DNA of 60,720 nucleotides from a virus (Duplodnaviria; Caudoviricetes): IMG/VR virus record IMGVR_UViG_3300009168_000011, positions 1 to 60,720 of that record; one strand, 5' to 3'. Shown piece by piece: positions 48,940 to 55,347 of this stretch (position 1 is its first letter; each line of letters starts with the position of its first letter). The notes under the pieces were generated by a model. It saw only the letters and a program-made list of their open reading frames with translations, ran no database searches and was not told where the DNA came from. The position numbers and the translations under genes were made by a program.

Positions 48940-49064
48940 ACAGCCAGCCACTGAACTGGTCCCGGACTTCGGTCCGAGACCGACTAGGTGACAGGTCAGG
49001 GACCTCGGTGTTCGGCCTTCATGCTTCGGCATGCAGTGCCAACCCGAGGAACCGCCCTCCCCCT
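48940..49064 (+). ncRNA. candidate ~125-nt structured RNA with two cUUCGg tetraloops
   Basis: CGGAC-TTCG-GTCCG and CATGC-TTCG-GCATG; the second lies within a CCTCGG/CCGAGG stem. Confidence 0.6.
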
Positions 49065-49085
49065 CACTTGATTAAAAAGCAAGTA
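49065..49085 (+). promoter_or_regulatory. 21-bp dispersed motif, copy 7
   Basis: CACTTGATTAAAAAGCAAGTA. Confidence 0.8.
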
Positions 49086-49086
49086 G

Positions 49087-49479
49087 TCACAGCGGCATGC
49101 TGTCCGGTGGCTCACTCACCACGTCCGGGCCCCCCGCCTCGGGCTCATCCTTCACCCGCCACGGCGCAGTCACTTGGTAGTGAGTGTCGGCGACCTGCTC
49201 CTCGATGCTGGTCGTGATGCGATCCTTCAGCATGTAGATGGTATCGGGAGTGAGCGTCGCCAGCAGCCAGTCGGTCACCCGCCCCGGCGTCATCTCCCTG
49301 ACCACCGCATGCCGCAGCGGATCACCCAGCGGCTGCGTGCCGTAGCGCATCGCCGTTATCCCGCTCACCTCGTCCTTGCCGACCAGTTCCCACGACACGT
49401 CGAGCACGAGGTCACGCTTGCCGTCGACCGCATCCCGGTCGATGGTCAGCCCGGTGATGTTCCACTTGAAATTGATCAT
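49087..49479 (-). CDS. tail fibre assembly chaperone-like protein
   Basis: WNITGL...VLDVSW..G....T...V.DW...APW; downstream of fibre. Confidence 0.55.
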   Translation of the reverse strand: MINFKWNITGLTIDRDAVDGKRDLVLDVSWELVGKDEVSGITAMRYGTQPLGDPLRHAVVREMTPGRVTDWLLATLTPDTIYMLKDRITTSIEEQVADTHYQVTAPWRVKDEPEAGGPDVVSEPPDSMPL

Positions 49480-49490
49480 GCTCGGTACGC

Positions 49491-49964
49491 CTACGGGGTG
49501 AAGATCGCCGTCGCATTATCACCGAAGTATGGCCCGTTCCATATCCAGTAGGACTGCCCGCCACCCTGCGTGAAGGTGCCGCCTGCGCGTGAGTAAACCT
49601 GCCCGCCGATATACATCCAGCCCCAGCCCGAGTTGGGGTAGGTGCCGAAGATCGAGAACACGATCTGCCCCGTCGCCTCGTTGTGCAGAAGCTGGGCAAC
49701 CTGCGGGTTCCCGGCGTAGAGGTTGCTGCTGCCGTCGAGTACCTGTCCCATGGTGCCGGACAGGAACCCGCGCAGGCGGTTGGGCGTGGTGCCACTGACA
49801 CCAGTGATCAGCGACTGCGTATCGAGGTAGTCGCGGTTGTAGGTCTGCCTCCATGTCCCGCCCGCCCGGACGAAGCTGGCGACCATGTCGTGCCATGCTC
49901 CACTGACCCTGACCTTGGGTGCGAAGTTGCGCCAGACGCCGCCGACCTTGACGAAGCTAGGCAT
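49491..49964 (-). CDS. putative receptor-binding/adhesin protein
   Basis: VKVGGVW/VRVSGAW/VRAGGTW N-terminal repeats; Gly- and aromatic-rich C-terminus. Confidence 0.55.
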   Translation of the reverse strand: MPSFVKVGGVWRNFAPKVRVSGAWHDMVASFVRAGGTWRQTYNRDYLDTQSLITGVSGTTPNRLRGFLSGTMGQVLDGSSNLYAGNPQVAQLLHNEATGQIVFSIFGTYPNSGWGWMYIGGQVYSRAGGTFTQGGGQSYWIWNGPYFGDNATAIFTP

Positions 49965-52617
49965 ACTGCAGCCAGATGTCGCCGTCGCTCCCGCCGCTTG
50001 GCGCAGAGGCACTGACGAAGATGTCGCCGCTTCCAAACGCGCTGCTCTGGTGGCGGAACACCCGTGTGCCTGCGCTGTACATCACGCCCGATGCGCGCAG
50101 CGCCCCGCCCGCTCCCATCTCCTGATAGGTATGCGCGCCGCCCGTCTTGTACCAGCCAGCGTTGGCGTTGCTCATGTACATGATGCCATGAGTAGCGTTC
50201 GGGCCGCACTGCACCTCGCACTGGCCGGTGCTCTCCATCTGGAGAGCATTGCCAGCGAGAAACATGACGCCAGTATCCATGAAGCGGAACTTGGCACCCG
50301 TCCAACCCCAGCCACCAATCTTGAACTGGTTGTCAGCGTCGAGACCGATGAACATCGCCCGTGCGCCGGGCGAGTGGAACGCCATCCATGCGCCCTGATC
50401 AGCAGCAGAGGCCCGCGCCTCGATGGACTGAACTGCGTTGGCTGTAACGAGACTGCCCGTGCTGCCCTTGGCGGTGATCGTGTAGGTCTCCAGCGCGCCA
50501 TTGGCGGCGAGGCTCATGATCTCCAGATTGTCAGAAGCCCTTCGCCAGCCATGGGCAGCGGCAGTCGTAACCATCGAGCGCCCGGTTTCACAGACGATGT
50601 ACACGGCGGAGGTATCGGCGTAGCCGATATAGGCCGCCCGAACTTGGTTCGGACCATAGACTTCAAGGTAGCCGCTGTTGGTGGTGTTGCCGCAGGTGAT
50701 GCCAGCCCAGCCATTGGTCGCAGGCACCGATGCCTTGGCGTGGACCGCGCCGGAAACGATCAGGCCAAAGCTGTTCATCCACATCTGAGGCGTATTGAAA
50801 ACGCGGAACTCAAGGCCGGTGCCGCCGGAGATTGCCATAGGCCCGGCGCGCACCGACTGGATATAGCCGTCGGTGCTGCCCGCCGACCCGTCGGTCGCAT
50901 AGCTGACCATGCTGATGGTGTTGTAGGTCAGCGTGTTCCTTAGGAGGAGGCTGTTGTCGGTTGCCGCACCGACGTTCTTGCCGAGGACATGGGCATTGCC
51001 AGTGCCATTGAGGTTGCCGTTGAAGTAGAGGCCCAAGGGACCGAGCGAGCCGAAAATCCCTGTCCCGGCGATGTCGGTCCAGTTGTGATCGGTCGCACCA
51101 TAGGCCGCAGCCCCGCTCGCGTTTATGTAGATATTGCCGCCAGCACCACCCCACGCCAGCTTACGGTTGGCATCGCCTGTACCCGCGAGGGTCAGGTTGC
51201 CGGTCATCGTGTCGCCAGCCTTCAGCACACGCAGTGCATCGGCGGTGGTCATGGCCGAGGCGTCGGCCTTGGTTTCCATCTTGTCATAGACGGCGTTCTT
51301 GGTCGGCACCTCGGTCTTGCCATCCCAGCCCGCAGCGTATGGATCATCGGGAACGGACAGGGTCTTACCCGCTGCGACAATCGTATTGGCATTGATGCTA
51401 AAGAGCGTCGCGGCCATCTGGTAGTAGGTGGTCAGCCCATCGACGCTCATGACTGAGAGGCCATTGGTCCCGGCACGGATGCCGGAACCCGCCGAGTTGA
51501 TAAAGAACTCACCGTAGGTGGTGGTGTCGGCAAGATCGCGGAAGCGGATGGCTGGCCCGCCACCCAGAAGCCGAAGCTGCGGAGCGGTGGACAACCCTAT
51601 GCTCAGCATGCCGGTCATGGTGTCACCGGCTTGGTCGACATAGTTCCCGGCGGTTGGGATGGTTGCGATGATCGCTTCGATCTTATCGTAGACAGCGTTC
51701 TTGGTCGGCACCTGCAAGCTGCCGTTCCACCCAACTGCATAGGCATCGTCGACCACGGTGACGTTCGCCGTCACGGCGAGGCCGGTCGAGGAGAAGACTG
51801 CGCGGGTGCCCGATCCCGCCCGGTTGCGGAAGCTGAAGGTGTCGCAGTCCATGAACCCGGTCGCGCCGGTCGCCTGCATGCGGATGCCGTCGGCTGCGCC
51901 ATCGGTTCCGCGCAGGGACAGGAAGCTGCTGCCGGTGGTAGGATTGAGGAGGATCGCGGCGTTGACGTAGGACACCGTCAGCGCGCCGGTCATGGTGTCG
52001 CCCGCCTTGGAAACCTTCAGTTCAATCTGGTCATACACTGCGTTCTTCGACGGGGCGATGGTAGTCACCCCGTTCCAGCTGGCGGCGTATGGGGTGTCGT
52101 CAATCACTGTCGATGGAGCAGCAGGGATAGTGGCAACGACCGCTTCGATCTTATCGTACACCGCGTTCTTGGTCGGCACCTCCAGCTTGCTGTTCCACGC
52201 AGGCGCATAGGCTTCGTCGGTGACACTGACTTGGCCGGTGACAACCTGATTGCCGGTGAAGGCGTTGCCCCCCGCAAGCAGCGCCGTGTTTTCAATCGAC
52301 ATGCCGTCGTTGACCACCGTGACCCGCTTGGTCCCGGCACCGAAGCTGACCGTAGCCCCGGCGTTGCTGCTATCGCGCACGGTGTTGCGGGTGAGTGTTC
52401 GCCGGTCGGTGGACAGGGTGCATAGCGCCACCTCCCACTCACCAGTCGGTTGGTTGGATACGTCGACAGCCTCGATCATGACCGGGATGCCGGACTGATT
52501 GGCGCTGAAGCGGGTGAAACCGGCGAAGCCGTTGATCGCTCCGAGCAGGGCGACAGTGCCGCTACCTGTGAAGGTCGAAGTCTCGGAGATGCGATCTTTA
52601 TATGAGGTCGCAGCCAT
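49957..52617 (-). CDS. long tail fibre protein
   Basis: KDRISETS N-terminus; KAGDTMTG repeats; four PTKNAVYDK-type repeats; APSGGSDGDIWLQY C-terminus. Confidence 0.85.
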   Translation of the reverse strand: MAATSYKDRISETSTFTGSGTVALLGAINGFAGFTRFSANQSGIPVMIEAVDVSNQPTGEWEVALCTLSTDRRTLTRNTVRDSSNAGATVSFGAGTKRVTVVNDGMSIENTALLAGGNAFTGNQVVTGQVSVTDEAYAPAWNSKLEVPTKNAVYDKIEAVVATIPAAPSTVIDDTPYAASWNGVTTIAPSKNAVYDQIELKVSKAGDTMTGALTVSYVNAAILLNPTTGSSFLSLRGTDGAADGIRMQATGATGFMDCDTFSFRNRAGSGTRAVFSSTGLAVTANVTVVDDAYAVGWNGSLQVPTKNAVYDKIEAIIATIPTAGNYVDQAGDTMTGMLSIGLSTAPQLRLLGGGPAIRFRDLADTTTYGEFFINSAGSGIRAGTNGLSVMSVDGLTTYYQMAATLFSINANTIVAAGKTLSVPDDPYAAGWDGKTEVPTKNAVYDKMETKADASAMTTADALRVLKAGDTMTGNLTLAGTGDANRKLAWGGAGGNIYINASGAAAYGATDHNWTDIAGTGIFGSLGPLGLYFNGNLNGTGNAHVLGKNVGAATDNSLLLRNTLTYNTISMVSYATDGSAGSTDGYIQSVRAGPMAISGGTGLEFRVFNTPQMWMNSFGLIVSGAVHAKASVPATNGWAGITCGNTTNSGYLEVYGPNQVRAAYIGYADTSAVYIVCETGRSMVTTAAAHGWRRASDNLEIMSLAANGALETYTITAKGSTGSLVTANAVQSIEARASAADQGAWMAFHSPGARAMFIGLDADNQFKIGGWGWTGAKFRFMDTGVMFLAGNALQMESTGQCEVQCGPNATHGIMYMSNANAGWYKTGGAHTYQEMGAGGALRASGVMYSAGTRVFRHQSSAFGSGDIFVSASAPSGGSDGDIWLQYA

Positions 52618-52703
52618 GGCATAAGGTGTACTGCAATGCCGCCGTCAATGCCAACCCGGATTTGAGACTTGCACAGTCGTGTCTATCGTGTAACGTAAGG
52701 GGT

Positions 52704-52997
52704 ATGAGTGACATCGACGATCACCTGACCAACGAGGTTAACGACATGCTTACCCAGCTGCGTGCTGCGCAGGACAATGCGCCGCCCGTCGATGCGCTGG
52801 TCAACGCTGTCGGCTTGGCGCTCGAACGCAAGAACCAACTGATCGCAATCCTTGCCGAGGCGGTGATGTCCGGTGACTGCACGTGCTCCGGCTGCGCGCA
52901 GATGCGCGAGATCGTCAGTAACGAATTGGAAATCCGGGTGGTGCATATCAGCCTCGACCCGGAGACCCTTGCCAAGTGCTTGAATACGGTACAGTAA
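52704..52997 (+). CDS. hypothetical protein with CxCxxC
   Basis: TTGCAC-N16-TAACGT just upstream of ATG 52704. Confidence 0.6.
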   Translation: MSDIDDHLTNEVNDMLTQLRAAQDNAPPVDALVNAVGLALERKNQLIAILAEAVMSGDCTCSGCAQMREIVSNELEIRVVHISLDPETLAKCLNTVQ

Positions 52998-53079
52998 CCA
53001 CGAATTAATTTAAGGCTTGCCTTGTCACGCAGGTTACACTAGAAGGTGTCCATCAGTTCAACTCAATGGGGGTAAATCA

Positions 53080-54033
53080 ATGCACCGCTTCTACACCACC
53101 GTCGCCCTAGCCGCGCTCGTACTCGGAGCGCCTGCCTTGGCGCAGGACACGCTGACCTCGACGTCCGGCTCGGGTGCCGAGGCCAACTCGGGCAGCATCA
53201 GCGGAGCAAGCTCCGACAACAACGCGACCAACAACAACGCGGGCATCGGCTCCAGCTACAACGAGAACACCAGCAATTCGAGCAGCGGTGCGATCAGCGG
53301 ATCGGCATCCGAGAGTTCGTCCAACTCCAACGGCAACATCCAAGGTCAGGATCAGGGGCAGGCGCAGTCGGCCAACAACACGCAGGGCCAGAACCAGAGC
53401 GCCTCATCCAATCAGGGTCAGGACCAAGGCCAGATGCAGTCGCAGGACCAGTCCCTCGCCAACGCTAACGAGCAGGGTGTCACCGTCAACCAGACGTGGA
53501 ACACCAAGAACCGCAGGCAGACCGAAGTCAGGACGAACAATGCAGTTCCTCTGGCTGCCTCCTCATCCTTCAGCAGCGACTACTGTGGCGGCACCGTGTC
53601 GGGCGGTGCGTCTATCGCTCCCATCGGCATCAGCGTCGGCGGCGGTGCACCCAAGTTCGACAAGTCCTGCCAGTCGCTGCGCCGGGCCGAGAAGTTCGGC
53701 ATGCTCGCTGCCAACTACCAGAACATGGGACAGCCTGCGATGGCGATGAAGGCCATGAGCCTGATGGCGTGGTCGATCTGCACCTCGGATAGCTCCGGTC
53801 CCGCCGCCGACAGGGCCACGGCCAGTGCCTGTGAGCAGATGCTCCTGCTTGGGCCGATGGCAGGCTCGACCACCGTCGCCCAGCCAGCGGCTGCGCCTGC
53901 ACCCGAGCCGCGTGTCGCTGATCGCAGCGGCAAGGTCACGCCCGAAGCAGCCTACCGCGCAGGCAGCACGGCCACGCAGGACAAGGTTGCGATTGCGCAG
54001 GCGAGCGCCCAAACTGTGCCGCAGGGTCGATAG
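53080..54033 (+). CDS. secreted Ser/Asn/Gln-rich protein with 4-Cys C-terminal domain
   Basis: Signal peptide MHRFYTTVALAALVLGAPALA; QGQDQGQ repeats; SDYCGG..D.SC. Confidence 0.8.
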   Translation: MHRFYTTVALAALVLGAPALAQDTLTSTSGSGAEANSGSISGASSDNNATNNNAGIGSSYNENTSNSSSGAISGSASESSSNSNGNIQGQDQGQAQSANNTQGQNQSASSNQGQDQGQMQSQDQSLANANEQGVTVNQTWNTKNRRQTEVRTNNAVPLAASSSFSSDYCGGTVSGGASIAPIGISVGGGAPKFDKSCQSLRRAEKFGMLAANYQNMGQPAMAMKAMSLMAWSICTSDSSGPAADRATASACEQMLLLGPMAGSTTVAQPAAAPAPEPRVADRSGKVTPEAAYRAGSTATQDKVAIAQASAQTVPQGR

Positions 54034-54067
54034 CCCTACCGGGGAAACCTACAAGGAGTTGAATGTC

Positions 54068-54535
54068 ATGGGAAAAGATAAGCGGTACGAAATCCAACTT
54101 CCGCTCGATGGCCGGAGCAAGCCGGTCGTCTACAAGGTGAGTGGCTCAGGCGTCGTCACCATCGAGAAGGTTGACGGCAAGAGCGCCGACACCCTGCCCG
54201 CACACGAGAGGGATCGCATCATCAAGGCGATCAAGGACGCGCCCCGTCCCGGCAACGAACTGCCGGAAGGCGAGGAAGGCAGCACCAAGCCGGGCAGCGA
54301 TGCCGGTCGTCCCGACCAGAGCCTGCCGGGCCGCGAAGGCAACGTCGATCCGGGCTACGGTAAGCCAGCCGGTGGGCGTCCCGATCAGGGCACGCCGGGC
54401 AACCCGAACCTGAACCCGAACCCGGACGTCGATGCCAACCCGGACCTGAGCCGCCCGGACAAGCCGGACCAGTCCTTGCCGGAAGGCGGCACGCCGGATC
54501 AGGAACTGCCGGAGGCACCCGAGCCGAAGGCGTAA
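54068..54535 (+). CDS. protein with PDQxLP repeats
   Basis: AAGGAG SD; RPGNELP, RPDQSLP, RPDQGTP, KPDQSLP, TPDQELP. Confidence 0.75.
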   Translation: MGKDKRYEIQLPLDGRSKPVVYKVSGSGVVTIEKVDGKSADTLPAHERDRIIKAIKDAPRPGNELPEGEEGSTKPGSDAGRPDQSLPGREGNVDPGYGKPAGGRPDQGTPGNPNLNPNPDVDANPDLSRPDKPDQSLPEGGTPDQELPEAPEPKA

Positions 54536-54541
54536 CGAAGC

Positions 54542-54692
54542 ACCCTGTGCAGGCAGGGTAATAACGGCTCGCCGGGGAGCCGAGCGCAGAAATCCCCGGC
54601 ACCTTTCACGGCGGAGCGATCCGTCCAGAACTTTCAGCGAGGATAAGGGGGGCCTCGCTGATCGTATTTCCCCCGGTCGATCCTTAGGGAGA
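54542..54692 (+). promoter_or_regulatory. structured leader with two possible pseudoknots
   Basis: Loop CCGGGGA pairs with TCCCCGG; loop GGGGG pairs with CCCCC next to the SD. Confidence 0.45.
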
Positions 54693-54698
54693 ATAAGC

Positions 54699-55091
54699 AT
54701 GAAGAAAATCTTTGGTCTCGTCGGTCTGCTCGCCACGGTTGCGCTTGCAACTCCGGCTCAGGCCGTCGACTTCGGCCTCGTCGTCGGTAGCGGCGCGTCG
54801 CAGTCCAACTCGACGGCGGTTGCCGGTTCGCAGGGTTCGAGCGCCTCGGCGGTGTTCGGCTTCACGACCCAGACCAGCCAGAGCTTGGCTGCTTCGGGCG
54901 GTGCGGCTCAGTCCATCATCAGCGGCAACGATCAGGCGTCGGCCTCGACCCACCAGTCCGAGACGCTGCAGGCTGGTTCGTCTGCGTCGTTCGGTCTGGC
55001 CGGGTCGCAGAACAGCAACCTCGCCTTGGGCGCTGGCTCGTCCAGTGCGTCGAACCAGCTGACCGGCATCTGGCTTTTCGTCCAGCCGTAA
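54699..55091 (+). CDS. small secreted Ser/Ala/Gly/Gln-rich protein, amyloid-like
   Basis: Signal peptide ending PAQA; mature part has no Lys/Arg and no internal Pro; ~22-27-aa pseudo-repeats. Confidence 0.8.
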   Translation: MKKIFGLVGLLATVALATPAQAVDFGLVVGSGASQSNSTAVAGSQGSSASAVFGFTTQTSQSLAASGGAAQSIISGNDQASASTHQSETLQAGSSASFGLAGSQNSNLALGAGSSSASNQLTGIWLFVQP

Positions 55092-55191
55092 TCGGCGTAC
55101 TCTAATAGCAGCGTGAGATACCCTCCCACGCTGACATCGGGGGGAGCAACGAAGCCACGCGTTGCTCCCCCTTGCTATGAGGAGCCTAGTC

Positions 55192-55347
55192 ATGACCCTT
55201 GGTTTGATCTTACTCGTCGTCGCCCTCGTCCTGTTCATCCTCGCTGCGTTCGGCGTGCCGAGAGGGACCACGGTAAACCTGCAAGCGCTTGGCCTCGCCT
55301 TCTGGGTGCTGGCCCTGATCGTCGGCGGAGTTGACATCGCTGTATGA
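55192..55347 (+). CDS. 51-aa two-helix membrane protein
   Basis: GAGGAG SD; two hydrophobic segments. Confidence 0.7.
   Translation: MTLGLILLVVALVLFILAAFGVPRGTTVNLQALGLAFWVLALIVGGVDIAV

Noticed and set aside
48940-49064. tRNA, SRP RNA or hammerhead ribozyme
   Set aside because: No cloverleaf or CCA end, no GNRA-capped SRP helix 8, no CUGAnGA/GAAA core.
5374-49085. 21-bp motif as a canonical FNR/FixK, IHF or CtrA site, or as CRISPR repeats
   Set aside because: Spacer is 5 rather than 4, the IHF TTR element and second CtrA half-site are missing, and the copies are kilobases apart.
49957-52617. Diversity-generating retroelement acting on the tail fibre
   Set aside because: No reverse transcriptase and no template/variable repeat pair; the repeats are in-frame structural units.
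55192-55347. Firm holin call
   Set aside because: Two hydrophobic helices fit, but there is no adjacent endolysin and no basic C-terminal tail.
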